This document shows, in pieces, positions 1-8,049 of a stretch of DNA of 64,000 nucleotides. Origin of the DNA: Candidatus Aquidulcis sp. (GTDB lineage Bacteria > Chloroflexota > Anaerolineae > UBA4142); NCBI GenBank assembly GCA_020723345.1, contig DYJA01000011.1:43349-107348 (forward strand), given 5' to 3'. Both the position numbers and the translations under genes were made by a program. Every line of letters begins with the position of its first letter. Position 1 is the stretch's first letter. The notes under the pieces were generated by a model, which saw only the letters and a list, made by a program, of their open reading frames with translations, was not told where the DNA came from and did not search any database.

Positions 1-1316
1 TTCAGCGCAAACGTATCGTACTGACTGCGATGCGCTTCATCTGCCATCACGATGATATTCGAGCGTGGGGAGATTTCGGGGTAGAGACGACCCGCCGGGT
101 CGTCTCTACGCGTGTGGAATTTCTGAATCAGCGTAAAGACATAGCGATGGTCTTCGCCCAACAATCGTTTGAGATGTTCGCCGCTATCGGCGCGCACATC
201 CTTGGGGTCTTCAATCACCGCAGCGGTGCGGACAAAGTTTTTGTAAATCTGATCGTCGAGGTCGTCGCGGTCGGTGACGACGACAAAGGTGTAATTCCCG
301 CCGAGTTTGCGGAGAATCTTTTGCGAGAACATCACCATCGAATAACTCTTGCCGCTGCCCTGGGTGTGCCAAAAGACGCCGAGTTTTCCACGATTCTTGC
401 CGATGCGTTCGACAGCGGCAATCGCGTTGTTCACGCCGAGGTATTGATGGTTCTTGGCGACGAGTTTACGTAAGCCGCCCGTGCTTTCTTCAAAGAGGAT
501 AAAGTTTTCGACGAGGTCGAGCAAGCGCGTGTGTTCGCACGTGCCGCGAATCAGCGTTTCCAGCGAGACGACGCCTCGCTCGCCTTCCGAGTTGATGCGC
601 TTCCATTCGGCAAAGTGGTCCCATTCGGCGGTGATGCTTCCGATGCGGCTGTCGCTTCCGTTCGAGAGAATGATGAACGCGTTGTACCAAAAGAGTTGGG
701 GGATTGTGTTCTTGTAATCGCGCAGATTGTCGTGGTAGGCGTCTTCGACATCTTTTTGCGGTGCTTTCAACTCGACAAAAACGAGCGGAATGCCATTGAC
801 AAAACCAATGAGGTCGGCGCGGCGTTTGTACATCTCGCCCGTGACCCAGAATTGCGACGCGAGGAAATAGTCGTTCTGGGCGGGATCGTCCCAGTCAATC
901 ACGCGAATCGTTTCGGCGATGTCTTGTTCATCGTCGTCGCTTCGCACCGTGACCTTGACGCCGTTCTTCAGCAAACGATACACATCGCGATTGGCGGCGG
1001 CAAGCGTCATCGCGCTGCGGTCGCGCGTCAGTTCTTCGACGGCAGCGTCAATCGCATCGCTGGGCGCGTTCGGATTGAGACGACGCAACGCATCGCGCAG
1101 ACGCGCCACCAGCACAACCTCGGCGGACGTTTCGCGACCAACGTAGAGACGTGTCGGTGACACGTCTCCGAGACGACCCGCGTAGAGACGTTCCGCCGGA
1201 ACGTCTCTACCGAATATTTCATCGTAACAATTTGCGGTCTCCCAACCCAATTGCGCAAACAGCGCAATCGCGGGTTGTTCCACCAAGGCGTCTTCGGTGT
1301 AATCGTTGGGGATCAT
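1..1316 (-). CDS. hsdR: Type I restriction endonuclease R subunit (HsdR), N-terminal part; 3' end lies beyond the left window edge
   Basis: Absent from the ORF track because it runs off the edge. My own minus-strand translation starts at ATG 1316-1314: MIPNDYTEDALVEQPAIALFAQLGWE... It has Walker A GVFWHTQGSGKSYSMVMF (GSGKS codons 359-345) and DEAH box IIVMADEAHRSQYD (DEAH 41-30). The plus-strand ORFs at 30-1160 are shadows of this gene. Confidence 0.9.
   Translation of the reverse strand, partial: MIPNDYTEDALVEQPAIALFAQLGWETANCYDEIFGRDVPAERLYAGRLGDVSPTRLYVGRETSAEVVLVARLRDALRRLNPNAPSDAIDAAVEELTRDRSAMTLAAANRDVYRLLKNGVKVTVRSDDDEQDIAETIRVIDWDDPAQNDYFLASQFWVTGEMYKRRADLIGFVNGIPLVFVELKAPQKDVEDAYHDNLRDYKNTIPQLFWYNAFIILSNGSDSRIGSITAEWDHFAEWKRINSEGERGVVSLETLIRGTCEHTRLLDLVENFILFEESTGGLRKLVAKNHQYLGVNNAIAAVERIGKNRGKLGVFWHTQGSGKSYSMVMFSQKILRKLGGNYTFVVVTDRDDLDDQIYKNFVRTAAVIEDPKDVRADSGEHLKRLLGEDHRYVFTLIQKFHTRRDDPAGRLYPEISPRSNIIVMADEAHRSQYDTFAL
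81..109. repeat. REP-like 29-nt perfect palindrome GTAGAGACGACCCG-C-CGGGTCGTCTCTAC, located inside the hsdR ORF
   Basis: 14-bp arms read directly from the sequence. The hsdR frame stays open across it (..FHTRRDDPAGRLYPEISPRSNIIVMADEAH..). Confidence 0.85.
1143..1210. repeat. Cluster of REP-like palindromes (GTAGAGACGTGTC-GGT-GACACGTCTC, a partial unit, then GTAGAGACGTTCCG-C-CGGAACGTCTCTAC) inside the 5' part of hsdR
   Basis: Read directly. Translated in the hsdR frame it gives ..FGRDVPAERLYAGRLGDVSPTRLYVGRETSAEVVL.. with no stop. Confidence 0.85.
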
Positions 1317-1321
1317 TGGCG

Positions 1322-1903
1322 TTACATCCGCAAACCAACGGGATTATCCTTGTCCTTGTCCCAATTGGTGGGGTTATTGATGATGTACGCGCGCACCGCA
1401 TCCAACGCGCGTTCGTTGCGAATAATTTCGTCGTGGAATCGTTCTTGCCAATCGAAATCTCCGTGTCCTTCCGCGCGGATGCGTTTGGTGCAAACCGATT
1501 TGATTTGCCCGATGATCGAGCCAAGGGAATTGGGTTGCAATCCCGTAGAGACGTTTCGGTGAAACGTCTCGGATCGGGTTGTCTCGGAGACGGGTCGCCG
1601 TGTAGAGACGGGTCGCCGACCCGTCTCTACGGTGTGCGTAATCCAAATAATTCCGTGCAAATGATTTGGCATCACAGCCCATTCGTCCAATTGGACATTG
1701 GCGCGCACCTGCGGCGTCTTTTGCCATTCATCCGCGACAATGTCACCGATGGGTGACAGGTTCATCTCGCCATTGACCACGTCGCCAAAATAACAAACGC
1801 GATTTTTAGCGCAGATGGTGACGAAATACAATCCAGGGGATGAATAATCCCAACCGCGTAACCGCGTGGATTCGATGCGATATTTGTTTTTGAACAGGGT
1901 CAT
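1322..1903 (-). CDS. REP-associated tyrosine transposase (RAYT, IS200/Y1-like HUH enzyme)
   Basis: ORF 1322-2020, trimmed to ATG 1903-1901 (MTLFKNKYRIESTRLRGWDY...). HUH motif MPNHLHGII. C-terminal RFHDEIIRNERALDAVRAYIINNP (YIxxNP Tyr motif). Flanked and interrupted by REP palindromes. The upstream 39 codons of the track ORF are REP sequence. Confidence 0.85.
   Translation of the reverse strand: MTLFKNKYRIESTRLRGWDYSSPGLYFVTICAKNRVCYFGDVVNGEMNLSPIGDIVADEWQKTPQVRANVQLDEWAVMPNHLHGIIWITHTVETGRRPVSTRRPVSETTRSETFHRNVSTGLQPNSLGSIIGQIKSVCTKRIRAEGHGDFDWQERFHDEIIRNERALDAVRAYIINNPTNWDKDKDNPVGLRM
1545..1630. repeat. REP-like palindrome cluster inside the RAYT ORF (GTAGAGACGTTTC-GGT-GAAACGTCTC ... GTAGAGACGGGTCG-C-CGACCCGTCTCTAC)
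   Basis: Read directly. It is translated in frame as ..ITHTVETGRRPVSTRRPVSETTRSETFHRNVSTGLQ.. between the HUH motif and the LGSIIGQIKS segment. Confidence 0.85.
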
Positions 1904-1919
1904 TGTTTCCGCCCCCTCC

Positions 1920-2028
1920 GTAGAGACGTTTCGGTGAAACGTCTCTATCACCAATATGACGCAACGTGTCGCCGCGTAGAGACGCGCCGTTGGTGCCTCT
2001 CGGAGACGTGTCACCGACACGTCTCTAC
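1920..2028. repeat. REP-like palindrome cluster filling the hsdS-RAYT intergenic space
   Basis: GTAGAGACGTTTC-GGT-GAAACGTCTCTA at 1920-1946 and GGAGACGTGTC-ACC-GACACGTCTCTAC ending at 2028. The terminal GTCTCTAC supplies the hsdS stop codon (CTA at 2025-2027 = TAG on the minus strand). Confidence 0.85.
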
Positions 2029-3200
2029 GACACCCGAATATCCAATCCTTCCACCTCCACCGCGCCCGAAATCAACTTGGGCAACAGCAGGTCGCGGGTG
2101 CGGCGGAGGTTGATATTCTTTTGACCCAGGATTTCTTTTTCAACAAAGAAGTCTTTGGCGATACTGTGGAATAAATCAAGCGTTCTTTTGGGAGGGATGA
2201 GAATGTCTGCTTTCTCAAAATCTGACGCGCTAACGGCTGGATAAGCCGCACCCGTAGCGTGATTTGTAAGATAACCTACAAAGTCGTCTGTGGTCATACT
2301 TTGATACAAATAGGTGTAGGGAACTTGTTTTGCGCCAATCACTGCAAATCCTGTAGATACAATCAAATTGGGGAGTGGCTTGAGAATCAGCGAAAAAGAT
2401 TTCCGATTGGGGCGAACCATTGACCAGATAATGTCGCCATCTTTTACGATGCGTCGCGCTCTACCTGGTGCATCTACAAAAGGCATTAGTTGTATCGTTT
2501 CGATTTGTCCTGTTGTCACAGATGCGATATCAACGTAGTTGATTTCTATTGGCTCTTCACCTTTTTTGACGCTTGATTTGTTGACTTCAGCAATCTCACC
2601 CAGTTCTACAATCTCCCACCCCTCTGGCACTTGCCCCAACCGCGAATTTACCATCCGTACTTTTGCGTGACCTGGGAAACGGAAATTCACAAACCACTCG
2701 CGGTAGAGCATCTGCGCCATCTCTTCCAGAATCTTGATGCGGCGCGTGTTGTTCTCGATGAGGTCGTCGTAGGCGGAGAGGATGGCAGCGATTTTGCGCT
2801 GGGTAGAAAGAGACGGAATCCGTACTGGCAACAGATGAAGAGCGTTTCTATTCAACCCTGGAACTGCGGCGGCAGCACTTTGAACACCAAGTCCGAGCGT
2901 GCCAAGAAAATACTTGACGAATAGAGGATCGTTGCCTTTGAAATCTTTGACAAACAAGGTTGTGTTATGGGGCCAAAAATCTTCTTTGACAAAGTAGACT
3001 TCGCCCAACGTACCGTATCTGCCTGTGACAACTCCTGGGCCATCGACTTTTGCCGTATCGTGGTATCCAGTAATTCCAGATGATGTTACTATCGGTACAT
3101 TTCCCTCGCGGCGATCTCGTTCAGGAAGATCATAACCTCTCTGCAATGTTAGCACATCACCAAGTTTGGTTTTTGTCCAAATCCTTGATTTCGTTTTCAT
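2025..3200 (-). CDS. hsdS: Type I R-M specificity subunit (HsdS)
   Basis: 391-aa ORF. Central conserved helix IPSLSTQRKIAAILSAYDDLIENNTRRIKILEEMAQMLYREWF and C-terminal RRTRDLLLPKLISG, with two variable target-recognition halves. Lies between hsdM and hsdR. Confidence 0.9.
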   Translation of the reverse strand: MKTKSRIWTKTKLGDVLTLQRGYDLPERDRREGNVPIVTSSGITGYHDTAKVDGPGVVTGRYGTLGEVYFVKEDFWPHNTTLFVKDFKGNDPLFVKYFLGTLGLGVQSAAAAVPGLNRNALHLLPVRIPSLSTQRKIAAILSAYDDLIENNTRRIKILEEMAQMLYREWFVNFRFPGHAKVRMVNSRLGQVPEGWEIVELGEIAEVNKSSVKKGEEPIEINYVDIASVTTGQIETIQLMPFVDAPGRARRIVKDGDIIWSMVRPNRKSFSLILKPLPNLIVSTGFAVIGAKQVPYTYLYQSMTTDDFVGYLTNHATGAAYPAVSASDFEKADILIPPKRTLDLFHSIAKDFFVEKEILGQKNINLRRTRDLLLPKLISGAVEVEGLDIRVS

Positions 3201-3260
3201 CGCGTTTGTTTCAATAGCCCTTGCACATTCTTATTTATTCGTTCTTCCAACTCGTGCGCT

Positions 3261-3941
3261 TCAACTTCTCTCCGAATCAGTCTGCGCGAACCATAGGTTG
3301 CTCAATCGCCGCGCCTCTGCCTCGCAGAATGCTTTGACCTGTCCCCAACTCACTGGCGCGAGCAGGATGGGGTCTTGCTGTTGGTCGGCAATCGAGAAAT
3401 CTACGAGCGCGGTCAGCAGGCGCATTCGCACACCGCGCGAATAGGAATACTTGTCCTCCCAACGCGCCACGAGTTCGTCCAGCGGAACGTGGGGCGCGAC
3501 GAAATAAACGTCGTAGAAATCCTTGCGCATACCGCGCCCCATGAGCGCATCCAGTTTCATCAGCCCAACGTCCATCAGCCCCGCGATCTCGACCCCACTG
3601 ACCGAATCGGTCGGCGCGAGCAGCGGATACCCGTAGGTAAAGTAACTCATCGCGAGTCCGTCCACTTCGATCACCAAACCCAGAGGCGAATCTTGCAAAA
3701 TCGTCACCGCATGGGCGCGGCGCAGTTCTGTCACAATGCTGCGGCGTAAATCATCCGTCAGATTCTCGATGTTGGCAAACAGGTCGAGGTCTTGGGAGAT
3801 CCGATGACCCAAACGGAGCGCGAGCGCGGTACCGCCGCCAAGATAGAACGGATGCAATAGTGGCATCGTACCCAGGATCGCCAATAACTCTCTTGTTTTA
3901 GGAACCACAGCTTGCCAATGCGGCGCGGCTAGTGTTGCCAT
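3261..3941 (-). CDS. Nucleotidyltransferase AbiEii/AbiGii-family toxin-like protein
   Basis: 226 aa. Motif FYLGGGTALALRLGHRISQDLDLF is typical of the AbiEii/DUF1814 NTase fold. Overlaps the upstream small gene by 13 nt. Confidence 0.8.
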   Translation of the reverse strand: MATLAAPHWQAVVPKTRELLAILGTMPLLHPFYLGGGTALALRLGHRISQDLDLFANIENLTDDLRRSIVTELRRAHAVTILQDSPLGLVIEVDGLAMSYFTYGYPLLAPTDSVSGVEIAGLMDVGLMKLDALMGRGMRKDFYDVYFVAPHVPLDELVARWEDKYSYSRGVRMRLLTALVDFSIADQQQDPILLAPVSWGQVKAFCEAEARRLSNLWFAQTDSERS

Positions 3942-4240
3942 ATTCGTTCACCTTGCGCGCAATCGCGCAGATCGAAGAACCACGTCCAAAATGTGAATCG
4001 TCGTTTGGGCAAACACCGCCAACCCGCTTGCCGCACCCACTCCGCCAGCCGCTGGGCGCCATAGCGCACAAAGAGCCAGCGCAACTCCAACCAGTCGCCC
4101 CACGCCAACGTTCGCTCGATCACCGTAAACGCGCTGCGCTCGGGGTCGAGGTCTTCCAAGTTGTATTCTTGGAAAAAAGGGCGCAGACTCAATGGGATGC
4201 CTGCTGGCGTCATTTCGAGTTGATCATCCTGACCTGCCAT
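3929..4240 (-). CDS. Small partner protein of the AbiEii-like gene (resembles the DUF6922 family from memory); putative antitoxin/regulator
   Basis: 103 aa. ..[51 protein letters not shown]. Overlaps both the hsdM stop and the AbiEii start, which suggests translational coupling. Confidence 0.45.
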   Translation of the reverse strand: MAGQDDQLEMTPAGIPLSLRPFFQEYNLEDLDPERSAFTVIERTLAWGDWLELRWLFVRYGAQRLAEWVRQAGWRCLPKRRFTFWTWFFDLRDCAQGERIWQH

Positions 4241-5864
4241 CTGTTCTCGTCTCCCGATTCTCTGCGAGCATCGCCACGTTCTCAGCGATTTTCTCCTCCA
4301 AGCCGCGCGCCTCGATATTCAGCGTTTCCAATTCCTCGTTCAATTCTTCCAAGCGTTCCTTGAAATCAAAATCATCGGCGGCTTTTTCGGCAACGCCCAC
4401 GTATCGCCCAGGATTCAAACTCCAACCCTGCGCTTCAATCTCTTTCAGCGTTGCCACCTTGCACAAGCCTGCCACGTCGCGATATTTCCCTTTTGGAAAG
4501 TTCGCTTTCATCAACGCCGCGCTATCGTCGTCGGTTTCGATTTCCTCGCCGCGATACAAGCGCACAATGTTGCCCAGGAATTCGATCTGCGCGGGCGTGA
4601 ATTCGCGGTGGGCGCGGTCAATCTGTTGGTAAATGTTGCGCGCATCAATGAACAACACTTTGCCTTTTCTCCCCTCCCTTGTTACTGACGGGGGAGGGTT
4701 AGGGTGGGGGTGTGCTTTGCCCTTATCCAAGAACCACAACGTGCAAGGAAGCGTAACCGTGTAAAAGAAATTGGAACCGACCGCGACCATCACGTCCACC
4801 ACGTCGGCTTGGATCATCTGCTTGCGGATTTCCATTTCGGACGCGCGCGCGTCGCTCGCGGAATTCGCCATCACGAAACCCGCACGTCCTGTTTTGTTCA
4901 ACGAACTATGGAACAGTTGAATCCACAGGTAATTGGCATTGTCCACCTTTGGCATCCCAAATGGAAAGCGCGCCTTGTCATCCTTGATGCGATCCTTGTC
5001 CACTTTGTCCACATTGAACGGCGGATTCGCCATCACAAAATCGAATTTGCCGACCGCCTTGTGTACATCGTCATAGTACGAATTCGCCTCGCGGATTTGT
5101 CCCGATAGTCCGTGCACCGCCAGATTCATTCGACACAAGCGAACCGTCTCCGCCGTTTTCTCCTGACCGAAAATCGAAATCTCATCGTTCGGCTTGCGCT
5201 TGTGCCGTTCGACAAACGCCGCGCTCTGTACAAACATACCACCCGATCCCGAGGCGGGGTCAAAGATGCGCCCGTGAAACGGCTCGATGATCTCGACAAT
5301 CAATTTGACGATAGAGGTCGGCGTGAAAAACTCGCCGCCCTTTTGTCCCTCGCTCATCGCAAACTTGCCGAGAAAGTATTCGTAGATTTTGCCGAACGCG
5401 TCGCCCTCGATGTCCATCGGGATTTCGTTGAAATCGCGCAACAGTTCGACGAGCGTATTGTTTTCGAGCCGCTTGTACGTCTTGGGCAAAACGTCCTTGA
5501 GTTCTTCGTTCTCCGCTTCGATGGCTTTCATCGCATTGTTGATCGCGGTCGCCACGTCCGCGCCTTCGGGCAAATTGAGCAAGCGATCATAGCGCGCTTC
5601 GTCGGGCATAAACATCACGCCGCGCGCTTGATAATCGTACTTGCTGACCTTGCGGCGTCCCGATGCTTTGCTCTGCAATTCCTTTTGCGCCTGCGCGAAT
5701 TTGTGATCGGCATAGCGCAGAAAAATCAATCCCAGGACAGGGACCGAATACTCGGACGCTTTTAATTTGGAATTGGCACGCAGGCGATCCGCCGCGTCCC
5801 AAAGTCGTTTTTCGATTTCGGTGTTGTTGGCTACCAATCGAATGCTCCTGACCCACAAATACAA
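4224..5864 (-). CDS. hsdM: Type I R-M N6-adenine DNA methyltransferase subunit (HsdM)
   Basis: 546-aa ORF. Motif [12 protein letters not shown] and motif [10 protein letters not shown]. The N-terminus [19 protein letters not shown] is typical. The real start is probably TTG at 5837, preceded by AGGAG. Confidence 0.95.
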   Translation of the reverse strand: MYLWVRSIRLVANNTEIEKRLWDAADRLRANSKLKASEYSVPVLGLIFLRYADHKFAQAQKELQSKASGRRKVSKYDYQARGVMFMPDEARYDRLLNLPEGADVATAINNAMKAIEAENEELKDVLPKTYKRLENNTLVELLRDFNEIPMDIEGDAFGKIYEYFLGKFAMSEGQKGGEFFTPTSIVKLIVEIIEPFHGRIFDPASGSGGMFVQSAAFVERHKRKPNDEISIFGQEKTAETVRLCRMNLAVHGLSGQIREANSYYDDVHKAVGKFDFVMANPPFNVDKVDKDRIKDDKARFPFGMPKVDNANYLWIQLFHSSLNKTGRAGFVMANSASDARASEMEIRKQMIQADVVDVMVAVGSNFFYTVTLPCTLWFLDKGKAHPHPNPPPSVTREGRKGKVLFIDARNIYQQIDRAHREFTPAQIEFLGNIVRLYRGEEIETDDDSAALMKANFPKGKYRDVAGLCKVATLKEIEAQGWSLNPGRYVGVAEKAADDFDFKERLEELNEELETLNIEARGLEEKIAENVAMLAENRETRTDGRSG

Positions 5865-6075
5865 ACGCCCGCCCTGGCATCAAGACCTGAGCGGGCGACC
5901 ATACAAACTCTCATCCGCCTGAGGTGGTCGTTCAACCTGGGCACTACTTTGCGGCGTCCACAATAGCCAAACGAGGCATTTGTATTTGGCTGATTCAATT
6001 ATACCCCAGACTTTGGGGAATGGCAATAATCGATCCAGCCAACGCGCTGATCCTGATTTGGGTTCATGTTAATCG

Positions 6076-6140
6076 CTCGGCAATTCGTCATTTCGCGTCC
6101 CAAGTATTTGTCATTTTGCGTCCCGCTACTTTGTCATTTT
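6076..6140 (+). repeat. Three direct repeats of (T)TGTCATTTYRCRTCC spaced 22-23 nt apart
   Basis: tcgtcatttcgcgtccc (6076), ttgtcattttgcgtccc (6098), ttgtcattttacatccgccc (6121), read directly. Possible operator or iteron. Confidence 0.5.
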
Positions 6141-6310
6141 ACATCCGCCCACCTTCCTCGGAATCCAAAAATCTCCCAGAAAAACGGCACTTGTCTCGAA
6201 AAACTGCTGCGACTATCTTATATATTCCCTCCTACTTCTCCGCGACATTGTTACCGCTCCTCCTCGTACGCACTCTCACATTCCCTTTTCCCCGGTTCCT
6301 CGCAAATCTA

Positions 6311-6340
6311 TTGACTCGTCCCTCACTCATCCCGTATAAT
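6311..6340 (+). promoter_or_regulatory. Sigma70-like promoter: TTGACT, 18-nt spacer, TATAAT
   Basis: TTGACT at 6311-6316 and TATAAT at 6335-6340. No convincing ORF follows for about 600 nt. Confidence 0.4.
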
Positions 6341-6870
6341 ATGCTCAACTTCATTTCACATGGTCTCATTCGTCGCCTTGGACGATTGCTCTCGGGTCCT
6401 GTGCCTTCGTTGCTGGTTCTTCGCTCTACTCTTCGGCACATGCTTTCACTCGAGATGGATTCCATTGCAGGTGTCATGGTCTCTCTTTGGAATCGAACGG
6501 TGTATCTTCAGATACATCAGAGTTTCGACTCACGAAAGCGAACAACTCCATAGAGATTTTTCCCCACGAAGATCCAACTCCGTGTGGTTTGTCATACCCA
6601 GAAAAGCCTGCTGGTCGGAACAAATCCGCCAACGGACTTTTTGCATCTTTCCTCTATTCAGTTTAGGAACGACTGTTCCCAAATCCCCAGGTGTATCGAA
6701 AAAAGGCGCGCGGCGTCTCGACGAACAACACTGGACGCGCGCTGTGTGATCCAAGGTTGACACGCCTGCTGCGTCTGATCGCCAAATCCCAATAGCACAA
6801 TCGAAGACACCTGACCCGCGCGAGTGATTGCCGGCGCGGTCTGGTATCTCGCTGCCTTTTCTTTCCGCAT

Positions 6871-6914
6871 ACCCCCTCGTCGTGATTTTCACGACCTGGG
6901 GGTTTTCGCGTTTT
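6871..6914 (+). terminator. Intrinsic terminator-like hairpin followed by a T-tract
   Basis: ACCCCC-tc-GTCGTG-ATTTT-CACGAC-ct-GGGGGT followed by TTTCGCGTTTTC. Confidence 0.55.
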
Positions 6915-6988
6915 CGGATCGCATGTCTCGCGGACATATCGCGAAATACGTGGGACAAAAAACAAATTCAACAAAGGAGGTGATGGAA

Positions 6989-7105
6989 ATGAAAGAAGCG
7001 CTCGCTCTCATCGTAGCAGTGTGCGTGCTCGCGTACGTTTGCGCGCAAATGTTGCTCGCCGCGTTGCAGCCGCTACTCGTTACGCTCTCTGGTCACGCGC
7101 GCTGA
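6989..7105 (+). CDS. Small hydrophobic peptide (38 aa)
   Basis: AAGGAGG at 6974-6980, then ATG at 6989. [38 protein letters not shown]. One predicted TM helix. Confidence 0.45.
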   Translation: MKEALALIVAVCVLAYVCAQMLLAALQPLLVTLSGHAR

Positions 7106-7140
7106 GACCAGGAAGAAAAACCAAACAAGGAGAAATCGAA

Positions 7141-7464
7141 ATGAAGCACCAGCACAAACCAGGTTGTCATTGCGCCGAATGTCTCGGAACATTCGATCAG
7201 CGCGAGAACGCCGCGCAGCAGTTGTATCAACTGCTAGTAGTGATTGATCTCGCAGGACTCAACCCAGAACAACGAGCTGCGGTCGAAAAGGTTGATGATC
7301 CAATACTGGTGCTCGCAGGCGCGGGAAGCGGCAAGACGCGCACTCTGGCCAATCGCATCGCCAACGTACTTGATCAAGGTCGCGCCACGTTCGAGGGTCT
7401 ATTTGACGGACACATCACACCGCGATACAATGTCGCCAAGTTTCCGAAAGAAGGGAGGAATCGT
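7141..7464 (+). pseudogene. UvrD/Rep-type helicase N-terminal fragment (Q motif and Walker A only), fused in frame to the downstream membrane ORF
   Basis: SD AAGGAGA then ATG at 7141. ..[38 protein letters not shown].., after which helicase similarity stops. No stop codon before the 7465 start. Confidence 0.5.
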
Positions 7465-8049
7465 ATGCGCCGAATCTTGCTCTATTCTGCACTCTCAATT
7501 TTTGCGCTCATCCTCCTCTATTTTTGGATCACCCCGCCGAATCAGCGTGATGCACTTGTAGTTTGGATAGGGCTTGGAATCAGCGCCCTGTGCGCGATCA
7601 TGTTCACACTTGCGGCGTACGACGTGTTCAGTACGTGGCGCGGACTCTGTGCATTAGTTGTTGCGCACATTGCATCGCAAGCTTGGCTTCAGTGGCAATG
7701 GGACTTGTGGAACTCACCGGTGGTTTTGATTCGAAATCTCAATGTCATCTCAGGATTGGCGCTTGCTGCCACGTTCTTCGCGATGCTTATCAGCATCACG
7801 CTATTGCTGATTGTTCGCGATGCAAGTGTGATCGCACTCGGGATGGCATGGCTCGGCTGCCCCGCGGTGCTAATGGTTTCGGTGCTGCGTTACCGTGCCT
7901 TTGAGAACCTAGACGTAATGCCGCTCCGCGAGCAAATCGTTCTCATCGTTCCGATGTGTTTGCTTTTCCTCTTCGCTGGCGCGGGGGGAATGGCGTTCCT
8001 AATCCACTTGCTCGTCCTTGCGATCAAGGAAATTGGGAGAATAGAGTGA
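7465..8049 (+). CDS. Polytopic membrane protein (about 6 TM), unknown function
   Basis: Strong internal SD AAGGGAGG (7451-7458) followed by ATG at 7465. [22 protein letters not shown]... Same frame as the 7141 ORF. Confidence 0.55.
   Translation: MRRILLYSALSIFALILLYFWITPPNQRDALVVWIGLGISALCAIMFTLAAYDVFSTWRGLCALVVAHIASQAWLQWQWDLWNSPVVLIRNLNVISGLALAATFFAMLISITLLLIVRDASVIALGMAWLGCPAVLMVSVLRYRAFENLDVMPLREQIVLIVPMCLLFLFAGAGGMAFLIHLLVLAIKEIGRIE

Noticed and set aside
30-1160. Plus-strand ORFs 30-473, 454-717, 531-1160 and 919-1146
   Set aside because: They are antisense shadows of hsdR. The minus frame carries unambiguous Walker A and DEAH motifs, and the plus-strand products are low-complexity.
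1151-1756. ORFs 1151-1756 (+), 1219-1524 (-), 1374-1727 (-) and 1028-1267 (-)
   Set aside because: They overlap the RAYT and hsdR genes. They are kept open largely by palindromic REP sequence, which reads similarly on both strands (RLY/VST peptides).
1143-2028. Possible CRISPR array, given the many copies of a ~29-nt repeat
   Set aside because: The units are perfect palindromes with variable inner stems and irregular spacing. Some abut each other and others lie inside ORFs, and they sit next to a RAYT gene. This is REP/BIME-like behaviour, not a CRISPR array.
4668-4712. G/C-rich hairpin (CCCTCCC ... GGGAGGG) inside hsdM encoding ..[15 protein letters not shown]..; possible second type of in-frame palindromic insert
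   Set aside because: It has only a 7-bp stem and is a single copy in the window. The segment lies in a loop that varies naturally among HsdM proteins, so it cannot be distinguished from native sequence without orthologue alignment.
6485-6505. tRNA/tmRNA-like T-loop string (GTTCGATTCC on the minus strand)
   Set aside because: The flanking bases do not form a T-stem, and no acceptor stem or anticodon arm could be folded around it.
5924-6974. ORFs 5924-6553, 6066-6314, 6360-6749 (+) and 6232-6477, 6530-6958, 6658-6870, 6663-6974 (-)
   Set aside because: They have no SD sequences, low-complexity or Arg/Ser-rich products and mutual overlap. The region is treated as non-coding.
7021-7140. Upstream extension of the 7141 ORF (track start 7021)
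   Set aside because: It overlaps the small-peptide gene and has no SD. The ATG at 7141 is preceded by AAGGAGA.
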